DNA from: Okamejei kenojei
Lineage: Eukaryota
Direction of reading: 5' to 3'
Assembly (NCBI GenBank): GCA_035221665.1
Contig: CM069142.1
Span: 744,001-808,000 of the forward strand
Length of the DNA stretch: 64,000 nt
Under the pieces are notes generated by a model. That model was not told the DNA's origin. It made no database searches and worked only from the letters and a program-made list of their open reading frames with translations. The position numbers and the translations under genes were made by a program. Shown here piece after piece: positions 22,601 to 36,900 of this stretch (position 1 is its first letter; every line of letters starts with the position of its first letter).

Positions 22601-25600
22601 GTCTGACGGTTTCCAATGAGGTGGATCAGGACCACTCTCCAATTGGTGATAGGATGGTTCCGTTGCCTGCTAGGAGCTGGAAAGAAACTGTCCCTGAATT
22701 TGGAGGCTTGCGTTTTCAAGCTTCTGTACTTCTTGCCTGACGGAAGAGGGTTGAATCCACTTTAAATGCAATTTTAAAGGATCCCTCCCTGTTGTCAAGC
22801 GATCTTATTGTATATTTGTAGATAGCTGTTTTGTTATGTCTAGAGTAAATGATAAAGCACTTGAGTAACTCAGCGGGTTAGGAAGCAACTGTGGGAGATA
22901 GGTGGATACAAGTGATGGTGGGCGGGGTTGATAAGGAGAGAAGAGGAGGAGTGAAATATACAGTCAGAGGGTGGGATGTGGGTGGAAGAGGCGAGTATGC
23001 GAGGGGTGGGGGGGAGGTCTGAAGAGATTGTTGAAAAATAAGTGTGCATTTGGGTGGAGAGAACAGAAAAAAGAAAGCGAGAGGAGGAAGGTATTTATTA
23101 AAATAGGAGATTCAATTTTCATACAGTGCAGTCCAAAGAAACATTGCCTATCCATGTCCCTCAGAGATGCTGCCTGACCCGCTGACTTACTCCAGCACTT
23201 TCAATGTTTATACCGCTGGGTGTAAGTTACCCAAGTGGAATATGAGGTGCTGTACCTCCAGTTTGTGTGTTGCAAATTGATGGGTCTCTAACATTCCCAC
23301 TGCTTGATGTTGACACCATCTTCACGTGTAATTTTTGAACTACATCTATCAGGCCAAGTTACTGGAGAGTCTGAATTAGGTCAACACCAACAGTTTGTTT
23401 GTCTTGGTCAGGTGACCATCTTAATTAGGTCAACATGGACCCTGTTGTTTCTCTTAATCGGGCCAGACGTTGAGGCATCAACATCTAAAAGTCTTCATTT
23501 TATTATTGTTTCCTTTGATCATATCAAAAGGATGTGTAAAGTGAGCTAGAAACATGATGCAAAAATTCTGTTATCAACCTGCACATAATCCATACATGTC
23601 CATTCCCTGTGTATCCATGTGTCTGTCTAAAAGTTTCTTCAACGCCATTATTGTATCTGCCTTTGCAGTGCGTTCCAGGTGTAAAACAACGCGTCTGCAC
23701 ATCCCTTCAAACATTAGCCCTCTCACCTTAAAGCTTTGCCCTCTAGTATTTGATTTTTCCAATCTATGCTTCTCATAACTTAATTAATTATAACCTAAAT
23801 ATCAATAACAGAACACAGATCAGTACAGCACAAGAACAGGCCCTTCAGCCCACAATGTCAGTGCTGAACACGATGCCAAGGTAAACTGATCTCCTTTGCC
23901 TACACGTGACCCATACCCCTTCTCTCCCTGCATATCCATGTGCCCATCTAAATACCGGTATTCCCATTCATTGTATCTTAAATGCCACTATTGCACCTGC
24001 CTCCACCACCACCCCTGGCAGCATGTTCCGCGCACCCATTGCCCTCTGCGTAAAACAAAACCCAGCCCCGCATACCTCCCTTAAACTTTGCTCAGAGGGT
24101 CAGTAAAAATCTTACTATGCAACAGCACATTCATGCTTCAGTTGAAGAGTGTAAGAATATTGCACTGAGTCAGTGCACAAGAGTGTCGGCATGTTTCCGG
24201 CGCCATCTTGTATCCTTCAAGATCACCGTTTAGTCAAGTTAATTATTGTCACACGTACACGTGAAGTAAAAAGCTTTTGTTGCATGCTAACCAGCCGGCG
24301 GAAAAACTACGCATGATTATAGCTGTGAAAAGCTGTAAAGCTATCTACAGTGCACAGATACACGATAAATGCTGTAATGTTTAGTGCAAGGTAAAGTCCA
24401 GTAAAGTCAGTTTAAAGATAGTCCAAGGGTCTCCAATGAGGTTGATGGTACCACAGGACCACTCTCTAGTTAGTGAGAGGACGGTTCAGTCGCCTGATAA
24501 CCGCTGGGAAGAAACAGAAACTGTGAATTGTTAAAAATGTTAGCGCCTTAACGGCCGTAAAAGCCTGTTGTCATTGGCCCCTCTCACATTAAAGCTATAC
24601 TCTTTCTAGTCTTTTATATTTCTACTCTGGGATAAGATTCTGACTGGCCAGGAAGAACAATCCAAGTTTGTCCAATTGTAGTTTTATGCGTCTCGAATCT
24701 TGGAAGGGTTCTTCTGCTCTGTTGAAAATCTGAGCATTTTGGGCCTTGTCAGTGAATATCCATCATGATTCAGAAGGTAGGTTAAAACATGAACTGTAAG
24801 TCACCTAAGGAACAGCAGATTCAACAAAATAAGTGACATCACAGGGTTAATTATCTGAGCTCCCACCAAAGCTACATTGACAACACAGTGTTTATTGTGT
24901 GGCACAGTGGCACAGCTGGTAGAGCCGCTGCCTCAGAGCCCCATGGACCAGGGTTCAATCCTGACTTCAGGTACTGTCTGTGTTGAGTTTGTACATCCTC
25001 ACTGTGACCATGGATTTCCTCTGAGTGCTCCGGCTACCTCCCACATCCTAAAGCCGTGCAGGTTTGTAGGTTACTTTGCCTCTGTAAATTGCTCCCTAGT
25101 GTGTAGTGAATGGGAAAGTGGTATAACTAGGCCATTCGGCCCATCAATTCTGCTCCGCCATTTGATCATGCCCAATCTAGTTTTCCCTCGACCCCATTCT
25201 CCAGCCTTTTCCCCATAACCTTTGATTCAAGAACCTGTCATTCTCTGCTTTAAAAATACCCATAACAAAGACCTGTTTAAGAAGGAACTGCAGAAGCTGG
25301 AAAATCAAAGGTAGACAAAAATGCTGGAGAATCTCAGCAGGTGAGGCAGCATCTAGGAGCAAAGGAACTTGGCAATGTTTCGGGTCTAAAAAAGGGTCTC
25401 GATCCGAAACGTTGCCTATTTCCTTCGCTCCATAAATGCTGCCTCACCCGCTGAGTTTCTCCAGCATTTTTGTCTACCCATAACCCATGTGAATGGCTGA
25501 CCGGTGGGCGGCGTGGACTAGATGGCCCAAAAGGCCTATTTCCACGCTGTACCTTTCAATCAATCAATCAATGTTAAAGTCAGTCATAAAAAGTGTTTGT

Positions 25601-28600
25601 GCTATATTTGCAAGATGATCAGCCATGATCACAATGAATGGCAGTGCTGGCTCGAAGGGCCGAATGGCCTCCTCCTGCACCTAATTTCTTTGTTTCTATG
25701 CCAAACAAGCTAAAAATGGACATCTGTATACTGCTATACTGCTGAAGACATCGCTTATCCATGTCCTCCAGAGATGCTGCCTGATCCGCTGAGATTCTCC
25801 AGTGCTCTGTGTCTTTTTTTGTAAACCAGCATCTGTAGTTCCCTGTGTCGACATTTTACTGCTCCATTGCAAAATCTCCTCAAGGTCTTCCTACTTTGAA
25901 GTTCTCCTCCTCTCTCTGAGGAGACTTCTCTCTTATTGCCTCTCTGTCTGTGATTCCTCTTCCAACTTTCTCCCCTCCACAAAATCAATCTGTAGAAAGG
26001 TCCCAACCCCAAAAGTCACCTATCCATGTGCAGGTTGGAATTGCAGATGCTGGTTTATACCGACGATAGACACAGAGTGCTGGATTAACTCAGCCGCTCA
26101 GCCACATCTCCGGGGGAAAAGGATGGGTGATATTTCGGGTTGGGACCCTTCTTCAGACACCTGTCCATGTTCTCCAGAGATGCTGTCTGTCTCGCTGAGT
26201 TACTCCAGCACGTTTTGTATTTTGGTTTTGTAAACCAGCATCTGCAGTTCCTGTTGCTCAGGGTCGATTAAGCATTTCACAAGGTTTGAGACTAACCACA
26301 AAAATGGCTCTCTTTCCATTCGGGCTATATGACTAAGTTACAACAGAGTAGAAATAAGGGCAAGGGTTGGGTAGTCATTGGGCTGACTGACCACAATAAG
26401 ACATTTCCTGCCTTCCTGGCTCTTTATTGTATATATCATTACCGATGCCCAGGCAGCAAACCTTTGTAATACTCTTAATGGCTCTTTGGTGAAAAAAATA
26501 GTTTAGCAAGACTGGAGTTGAAAGGGCATGGATATTTGTTAGACACAAAAAGCCAGAGTAACTCAGCGGGACAGGCAGCATCTCTGGAGTTATTCCAGTT
26601 TTTTGTGTCTCTCCAGAGATGTTGTCTGACACACTGAGTTACTCCAGCATTTGGGGTCTATCCTTGGTTTAAACCAAGCATCTGCAGTTCTTTCTTACAC
26701 ATGGATAATTGTTAAAAGCATTCAAGTTTCGCTTAGTTCATAGATACAGCAAGGATACAGGCCCTTCAGCCCACTGAGTCCGTGTCGACCAACGATCCCC
26801 GCACACTAACACTATCCTACACTGGAGTATTTACAATTTTACCAAAGCCAATTAACCCACAAACCTGTACGTCTTTAGAATGTGGGAGGAAACCGGAGCA
26901 TCAGGAGAGAATCCACACAGATCACAGGAAGAATGTAGAAACTCCATATAGACAGCACCCGAAGTCAGGAGGGACCACGGGTCTCCGGTGCTGTAAGGCA
27001 GTATCTTTACTGCTGCGCCACTGAGTCTTTAGACAGAATGTTTGCAGGAACTTAACTGTTCATCACAAAGTAAATATTCACAAAATAGTTAGTTTAGTTT
27101 ATTGTCACATGTACAGCGGTACAGTAAAAGGCTTCTGTTGCGTGCTAACTAGTGAGCACAAAGGCTATACATGATTGTAATCAAGTGTACATTTGCAGGA
27201 CAAAGGGAATAAGGTTTAGTGCAAGGTAAAGTCCAATAAAGTTGGAATAAAATTAGTCCCAGGGCCTCCAATGGGGATAGATGGGAGGTCAGGGCTGCAC
27301 TCTAGATAGTGGTAGGATGTTTCAGTTGTTCGATAACAGCTGGGAAGATACTGTCCCTGAATCTGGAGGTGTGCGTTTTCCCACTTTGCTACCTCTTGCT
27401 TGATGGGAGAGGGGAGAAGAGGGAGTGACCGGGGTCCAACTCACCCCACCGTGTCCTCGCTGAACATCGATCTCCTGTTCAAACTAGTGCCCCCATTTTC
27501 TCATCCACTCTCTACACACTAGGGAGCAATTTTACAGGGGCCCATTAACCCACAAAATCATGTGTCTTTGGGATGTGAGAAAATTGGAGCACCCGGTGGA
27601 TATCCATGTGGGCACGGGGAGAACGTGCAAACTCCACACAGACACTAGAGAGGTGAGAATCGAACCTGGGTCTCTAGTGCCACGAGGCAGTGGCTCCAGC
27701 AGCTGCACCACTGTGCCACCCTATACTCGCAGGTCCAAAGACGATCTACAAAGGGAGATTTACAACATTTTACAAGGTGATGGCCACAGGTAAAGAAAAC
27801 GTTGAGGACAAACCGGCCGTGGCTCGGTGTGGCTTGGCACAGACTCAATATGCTTTGCCCATTTCAGCTGCTCCTACCACTCAATGCAAAGGATGGCACG
27901 GTGATGCAGCCACCTCACAGCACCAGCGACCCAGGTTCCATCCTGTCCTCTGGTGTTGTCTATGTGTGGAGTTTGCACGTTCTCTTTATGACTGCCTGGG
28001 TTTTCTCCGGATGCTCCAGTTTCCTCCCACATCCCACATCCCAAATGAGGTGAATTGGCTCCGCAAATATTGATCCTAGTGCGCAGAGAGAGGATGAGAA
28101 AGTGGGATGGATAACATAGAACTCGTATGAAGGGGTGATCGATGGTCGGTGTGGACTTGGTGGGTTGAAGGGCCTGTTTCCAGGCTGCCTCCTTCAATTA
28201 ATCATTCAATCAACTCGCTGAATATTATTCTGTTGCATTCTATCTTGCACATGGTAGAAGCATCAGTGGGAGATGGAGGTTAAAACCATCGTGGCTTTTT
28301 GAGGCATGGATATATATGTAAGGACTTGCAGATGGAAATGTTGAGTGACTTTAGACCTTACTTTACTTTAGAGATACAGTGTAGAACCAGGCCTCCGGCC
28401 TACCGATTCCATGCTGACCAGCGATCACACCATGCACTAGCACTAGGGACACACTAGGGACAATTTACAGAAACCAATTAACCTACAAACTTGTACATCT
28501 TTGGAATATTTGAAGAAACCGGAGAACGCGGAGAAGCCCCCGCGTCGGGGTGATCATAACTCCCACGCCGGGGCGGTTGAAACTCCCGTGCCCGAACCAT

Positions 28601-30611
28601 TCGCAGTTGGGGCGATCGAAGCTCCTGCGGCTTGGAGCTCCCGAAGTTGACTCTATCCAGGGACCGCTAGCTCCACGATGTTAAAGTCCGCAGGCTCCTG
28701 CGGTTGCAGCCCCGAGGTTGGATCCCCCACATAAAACAAGCTAAAGAACTCTAAAAACATACATTTAGCACATACAAACAAACAACAAAGAAGGAAGGGT
28801 CGGACAGACTGTTGGTGAGGCAGCCATTGCTGGCGCCACCCGGTGGTCACAGGAAACATACAAACTGCGTACAGACAGCACCTGTGGTCTGGATTGAACC
28901 CGGGTCTCTGGTGCTGCCACCATGCCACCCTCTTGACTCTCTTAAATCCTTGAAACAAGTTAAAAAACCATTACAAAACAGGGGCTTCAATTCATGGAGA
29001 GGACGTATTGGTCATAATCATAGTCATAGAGCTATTCTGCACAGAAACAGGCCTTTTGACCCAATTTACCCAAATTTTAGATTGAAAATTAAAGATTAGA
29101 TAGTCTAGTATTCAGTTACAGGAAATAGAGGGGCTCATGTTCTCGACCTCCCCGTGGTGAGTCCTGTCAACTGACCTCAGCCAGGCTAATGACAACAAAC
29201 AGAGATAGCAGCTCAGTCGCCGCAGCTCAGCGCCAGCCCGGAGCACGCGCCCTTTTTAGGGCGGGCACCTTCGGATGTCGAACCAGATGGCATCACCCTG
29301 CTGCAGACTTCTGCTGCATCAAACGCACAAAGAAGACAGGAAATCGAGCTTATCTTTCAAACCATGCTGTTCTCATCCTCTGTAACTGTCTGAAGAAGGG
29401 TTGCGACCCAAAACGTTGCCTATTTCCTTCTCTCCATAGATGCTGCCTCACCCACTAAGTTTCTCCAGCATTTTTGTTTACCTCTGTAACTGAGAGTTGT
29501 ATTTCTTAATAACCTGACAATGCCAGCCAGCAAAGCAACAGCTTGACAAGGGCCTATCCCTCATTGTTCACTGGCTTCGCAGGGACCCTGAGAGAGATTT
29601 GCCAATCGCCCCCTTGCTGATTGGAAATGTCTGAAGCATACATCACGGTTTCAAACCCTGCAAAAGTCTCAGAATCTGTGCTCGGTCCAAAACCTGATCA
29701 TGCTCTCCACATTCTCGTGGGGGTTGTCCAAGGCGCGGTTGTGGCACAGGAATACTCTCTAGCTGAAATATGGCAGGTTAGGCGGACAGCATGTCACCAC
29801 ATGCTGAGAGGAATGAAGATTTTCCAGCTTATGTGGATATGCTGGTTTATCTTAGGAGGCCATGCATCACTTGCAAACGACAAGAATCTGTCAATTCAAA
29901 TGCTATACAGAGTCACACAATACGGAAACAGGCCCTTCAACCCAACTCGTCCATGCTGACCCAATGTCCCATCTATGTTAATCCATTTTCCCATGTTAGG
30001 CCTTCTAAAGCTTTCCCATCTATGTAATTTTCGTTTAGATTAATTTAGAGATACAGCGCAGAAACAAGTCCTTCGGCCCACCAAGTCCATGCCGGCCAGC
30101 GATCCCCACTCACTGACGCTATTCTACACACACAAGGGCCAATTTACAATGACACCAAGCCAATTAACCCACAAACCTGTACGTCTTTGGAATGTGGGAC
30201 GAAACCGGAGCAGCCGGAGAAAGCCTACACAGGTCACAGGGAAAGCGTACAAACTCCGTACAGACAGCACCTGTAGTCAGGATTGAACCTGGGTGTCTGG
30301 CGCTGTGAGGCAGCAGCTCTACTGCTGTGCCACTGTGCCGCCCAAGTAGCTTTTAGTTGACTTTAGTTTAGTTCGGCATGCTAGTGCCACGTTTAAGGAG
30401 CTTTGGCAGGTCACCAAATACTGTTAACAAATTCAACTGTTTAGTTTAGTTTGGTTTAGGTTATTGTCACAAGTACTGAGGTACAGTGAAAAGCTTTTGT
30501 TGCGTGCTATCAAGTCAATGGAAAGACAATACATGATTACAATCGAGTCACCCACAGTGTACGGATCGTGCGCGGATGTGGCATTGAAGGATGAGAAGCC
30601 GAAGCGAAGAA

Positions 30612-31303
30612 GGGGAAGCCAAATAACCGAACGGAAATGACACTTGTCAGCGATTGGTCCAGACCCCCGCGTCCATTACATCACTGGCCGGGGGAGGGGC
30701 GGGTGGGGGTCATTTTCCCACACAAGACCGCCCGGGGCTGGAGGGTGACTGGGCGCTCTGAACCCGAGCACCAAGTTGTAAGCGGCCGAAGGAGCGCATC
30801 CCTCGGGACAGCCCACACTCTGCCCCCCCCAGGGTCAGCGCTGTCTGGCCACTGCCGCCCTCCACCTCATGTCCCCCTGTGACGGTCTGTGGGTCGGCAG
30901 CGCACACACACACACACACACACATGGGGCCGGGTGGAGCAGAGTTGGGGACAATCTGGTTCCTCTGCCCACCCAGAGCCACCGGACCCTGACCCCCACA
31001 CCAGGGTGATTCACCCTCCCGACCCCCACACCCCGACCCACACACGGGGTGAATCACCCCCCGACACCCACACCAAGTGATTAACCCCCGGCCGTGGGGA
31101 TAGACGGCCTGCGTCGCATTAGAAGATCAGCTGAGCATTTTGAAATTAATCCCATGAGCACAAGTGATAGATAGCTGAGCGAGGCGGTATCGATCAGCCC
31201 ACATCGCACAGAGTGGAAAAGAATGAAATGGAAATTGCAAATTATTCAACTGCAACTTTCCCCCTTCCCCGACACAAAGGCAGCAATAACATATTTGCCA
31301 CAT
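30612..31303 (-). repeat. Internally deleted copy of the unclassified repeat family seen at 10187-12035 and 49770-55238
   Basis: Reverse-complement similarity to 11420-11900 and 49775-49965. Confidence 0.8.
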
Positions 31304-31423
31304 GTTTAATCTTTTTCCTGAATATGCATTGTAGTGGCAGATATTTCTATCGTTCAAGAGATTACTCTTGTCTTTGTACGCATGCGAGCTCTCCGCCGGG
31401 ACCTTCAGAGCTTCTTCACAGAT

Positions 31424-31740
31424 AAAGATTCAAACAAGAGGGCATGACATGAGAATTAAGGGACAGAAGTTTAGGGGTAACGTGAGGGGGAACTTCTTTA
31501 CTCAGAGGGTGGTGGCTGTGTGGAATGAGCTTCCAGCAGAAGTGGTGGAGGCAGGATCAATTTTAACATTTAAAAGTAAAGCGGATAGGTATATGGACAT
31601 GAACGGATGGAGGGGTATGGTCTGAGTGCAGGTAGATGGGACTAGGGGAAAACAAATGGTCGGCACGGACTGGAAGGGCCGAGAGGGCCTGTTTCCGTGC
31701 TGTAATTGTTATATGGTTATATGGTTATATGGTATGGTTA
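31424..31740 (+). mobile_element. Young CR1 LINE 3' fragment
   Basis: Matches 54000-54307, including the (TATATGGT)n tail. Confidence 0.92.
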
Positions 31741-33934
31741 TAAATCTTCAAAACACAGTCTTTTGATTAATAAATTCTTTATTGTTGATGAAAAACAATA
31801 AGGTACATCCAAACCTCTTCCGACTCGTACACTATAATCTTCATCGAACTCCAGCTTATTGCACTAAACATTAGAAAATTCCTCATGTCTCCATTACACT
31901 TCGCATGATCAAAGGGTAAACCTTCCTCATGCTGGTCCGAAACTAAACTAAAAACTAAGCTTCTGTACAAGAAACTTAGCTCCAAACACGCCCTAAAATA
32001 CGTCATAAATCCCACCCACAATATAACAGGCAGTCTAAAATTTAAAGATGCATGCCACCATCAGTGATGGAACTAAGTTTTAGGAACTAGGGGTATGCTA
32101 AGGCCCGTGAGGCTGAGATTGGGAAGAAATGGGGGGGGTAGACGCTGTAAGCCCCCGTGAGAATTCTTTTGTAATATAGTAAATTTCAGGGCCATTTTGA
32201 GCTCTGGGTGTGATGATTACATACACAATGTATCAGTAACTCAGTCAAATAAAGATAGGTATATCAGTAAGGGAAGCTGGTCGCTGATTGGTCGCAATGC
32301 CCCTCGGAGACTGCGTCTGATTGGCCGCCGAGTGACTCGCGCTTTTTGTGATTGGACACAATGCCCTTGGAGACAGCGGCTGATTGGACAGGAGGAGACC
32401 GATTTGTTGATTGGACGGGAATTTTAAGGGAAGCTGGTCGGTGATTGGATGCAACCCCCTTAGAGACAGCGGTTAATTGGCCGCCAAATAATCGGGCATG
32501 AGAAATTGACAAATAGGAAAACAAAACAATCGTAATTCCGATTTAAATCTGATATAAGGTACAGGGTGGGTATCAATTAATTCTAGACAACAGATTAAAC
32601 AAAATAATCTAACCCCATTAAATCACTCAGTGTGTATTATGATGTATTCCACAGTATGAAGTGTTCGGCAAAACTTGCACTTCCAGAGTGGTCTATCGTG
32701 TTGTTTCTTCAGTGAACCACGGATTTATTTTAAGAGCAAAACATAAAACGCTAGAGAACTCAGCATGTTAGGCTGGGTCCGAAGAAGGCCTCAACCCAAA
32801 ATGTTACCTATTCCTTCTCTCCAGAGATGCTGCCTGACCCGCTGAGTTACTCCAGCATTTTGTGTCTGTCTATGGAGTGAATGGCTAGGCGACGTTTAGG
32901 GTCGGGTCCCTTCTTCAGGCATTTTTTTAAGGAGTTGGGAAAGATAAAATGTCACCTATTTAAAAATGTTGTTACGGATATAACTAGTAGTGTGGGAGAA
33001 AATTCCATGAGCCATAATTGCCATATACATATCCAAAAGTAGAAGTGTCGAAAGTTACAGCGTGTAAAAAAAATAGATATTGCGAGCTTTGTTGTCTCCT
33101 TGTACCAAACAAGCGCCAAATTCAAAATTCTATATTTTGAAAATGGGCAAAGCAAAAAGTAGCATGTTCTGAATATGATTCAGATTCAGATTCAATCTTT
33201 ATTGTCATTGTGCAGTGTAGAACACTCGGAGCGTCGGAAGAACACTCGCAGCGGCTTGGAGTTCCGAATTGGCCGCTTCCTCCGCCACAGGCCGAGCCGG
33301 GCGGAGCTCGAACACTGGCGACCTCAGCGAAAGATTCCAGGGCACCGCGATGTTAAAGTAAGCGCCAGCATCAGCATAATTTCCAAGAATGATGGGGATC
33401 ATAGATAAATTTAATTTTTATGCAGGATATAAAGTGAATATTTCAAAAACTCAAATCCTCCTATTTAATTGTCCTCCTCCAGAAGAAATCAAACAAAATT
33501 ATAATATTAATTGGGATTCAAAATCAATCAAATACCTAGGGGTACATATAACAAAAAATATATCAATGTTGTATGGGGCCAATTATAATCACATCAACCA
33601 AGACATAAGAAAGGATATAGAAAGATGGTCCATCTACTCAATGGATTTTAGTAGTAAGATAAATGTGGTGAAAATGAATATTTTGTCGAGGCTATTGTAC
33701 TTGTTTCAATCTCTGCCAATAGAGGTACCATTAAAACAATTCACGGAATGGGATAAATTAATATCTAGATTTATTTGGGGATGAAAGAAGGCCAGAATTC
33801 GATACACTACGTACTGACACTAAACTGCATTTCGTTGTACCCATACTTGTATCTGTGCAATGACATTAAAGTTGAATTGAATTGAATTGAATACACTCCA
33901 GTTGCCAAAGGACAAAGGTGGAATGGCACTTCCA

Positions 33935-36900
33935 CTTACCAGTTCAAAGTTTGATCGTTATTTTATGAGGTGTAACGATGAGGGATTACGTGAAGAAGCC
34001 CCGCCTGGCGCTTGATCGGCATACTTCAAAGCAACGGCATGAAAAACACAGAACATAATAGCCGGAGTAAGATAGTAAGGCTCAACATAGATTTAGAACT
34101 ACCAGATGATCATTTATTTTATGAGGGGCGGGAGTGGAGGGCACATAATCCCTCATCGTTACTCCTCATAAAATAATGATCAAACTTCGAACTGGTATGT
34201 TCTCGTTTAATCTTACTATTTTACTTCGGAGTCACGTGAGTGACTACGTGAAGATTTTGTAGCGTCTGTGTTTTTTATATCGTAGACTCATTCCATATGA
34301 CACTCTGGCTCAATCAACACAGTAATGAGCAAATAACACATTTTTTCCCAAACATTGCTTCAGTTTATGTGATAAGTTTTTTCATAGTAAAAGAATGAAA
34401 GTAATGCCCTTTCTACTGAAAGGCAAATTTATCACCAAAATATCAATTGATAATATAATTTGATAATATAAACAAAGCAACAATTACAGAGAAACCAACA
34501 CTCCGTGTCCAATCCTGACACCATGACTGGTTCCTTGTAACTTTAATATTTATTTTACATCCTCCTACGGCCTTGAATCTTTGCTCGATCCTGTGCCATT
34601 CCTGTGAATGTATCTACCTCCTTTTGGTCGGCATGGACTGGAAGGGCCGAGAGGGCCTGTCTCCGTGCTGTAATTGTTATATGGTTATATAGTTATATGG
34701 TTAATGGAGTGATTTTCCACATCTCAATGTCTAGTTCCACTGAGTCTTAAACATGTTTTAACCATCTAGAATGTAATTATCTAGAACCATCAGTTTTTAC
34801 TGATACTTAATGTGGTTTTTGTGTGTAATAAGTAGTGCTGGCTCACCATTGAGAAAAAATGCAATCCACAAGGAACTCCCATATATATAATATGATAAAA
34901 TAACTTTTACTGTCTGCAAAAGACTTCCAATTTCTTATAAAAACAAAATATTGTTTTTTAATGCTATTTCTCCAAATTGCAGGTATAACATTCCTTTTCT
35001 ACATAATTGTTATATTGTTATATTTGTTAAAACATTCATAGACCTCTTCAACCGTCAAACTGTTATAATGGTCTGGTCAAACCTGCAGATAGCCAAATTC
35101 ATATCTTCATGCCATGGATGAATTTGTACAACGATAAATTACTGCAACTATGAGTTATCATAACTGGTTCAAACGTCACTCTCAACATTAATGAGAACCA
35201 TGACAGTCCGGTTTGGGCCACCAAAGCGCCCCTGGCAGCGTCCTGCTACATTTTCATCAGACACTTCCCTATCAGACAGAATGAGGAACATAAAAGAACA
35301 TCTTTCCTCATGTAATTTAGCGAAATGCATCCACCACTCCTGCTCCCGGTTTTCCCATGAGAAACATTTGAGCAATTGGTGATTTAATCTGGACACAAAC
35401 AGATTAATGATAAATAATCCATATTACTGACAATGTTTTTTTCCCGTGATTTGTTGTCGGCAACAACATTGTCTCATCCTTAGAGATAAACAGCTGAACT
35501 AAAACATTTTTAGAATACGCCACATCTGGTGACCCAGATAATCACTTGATAATGATCTTACTTGACCCATGTGATTGATATATGCCACAGCCGTGGTATT
35601 GTTCACCTGATTGGACATGCACACTTTCATAGTAGAACAATAGGCATTTAATCCACGAAAAGATACTGATACTCCAATAATTAATACAAATGTTTGGAGA
35701 AAAAAGTTTCTTAGGACAATCCATTTGCAATTTCCTGGTGTTATTGTCCGTAATCCCCTAAACAAGGGCCGTATCAAATATTAACTTGATAAGAATAGAT
35801 ATTATACTTATTTTAGCCCAAATAATCAGAGAATCTATCCATCATCCAAGAATACTTGCTTCAGTTTGCAACGGCTGCTAAGCTTATATATTTAAAGCAG
35901 CTTGTGGAACCTTTTCTATCCACCACTTTAATTCTGATAAAGTATCCTTTGGTAATTGCTTAGGCCTGTCAAAAAGGCCTGCATACACTTATAATGCTTG
36001 TGTTTTCCCTTTTTTGGAGCTTTTTTACTCTTTTACCTGAGCGCCTTCTCGGATGGAGGGACAAAGTTTGTCAACAAAGCAATGAGACATATTTGTAATA
36101 TTGACATTTTGTTTCAAAAAAAAAAAAATCCCCCATATGGTGCTGAATTACTCCTAAACCCAGAATAGTAATTTGGGAATGTTTATGAATGCCTAAACAT
36201 AGTTTTTATTGGATAGGTCAGGACCCTTGCCTCTCAACAGGCTTGTAATTGCTGCACTAATTTGCAGCTGACTCCTGATCAACCTTCCAATTTAAAATGT
36301 GATCAAGATAAACCATGATCATGTGTCCTCATTAGTGCAAGTGCTGATCTTCTATCACTGCAATTGCTGTTCCAATAATTGTGTGAACAACCTAGAACTG
36401 AGTTTAATCCATTAGACAATGTCTTAACTTGCAACAGCTAACCCATTCTAATTAATTTCAAGCACCTGTAAATATGATAATAAATTGGTACTAAAAGACT
36501 TCAAGTCTTATAGTAATGATTAACAATTTGTTAATAACAACTATTTTTCATTGTTGAAGATGTCAATTTTGATAAAATGTTTTTACACTGTAAAAGTGTA
36601 TTTAAAATGATGTCTCGTATGGCTTTACCACCACATCTTCCTTTTCCCTGGGGAAATTTATGATACAAATTTACGTACCTCTTCTTTATTGGAGATATTT
36701 CGGGTGCAAACCTAAAATCAATTTTTAGGTTTTCCTATACAGGTGAACCAATTCCTTCTACAAATTTTTTGTAGATCCTTTACACATTAAAATAAATCAA
36801 TCCGTTGTTATGCCATATCATTGATCATAACACACCTGTAGTCGCCCACAATTGGAGATTTCATCAACTTCTTCTGTAACAAGTTTTTGCACCTCTTCAA

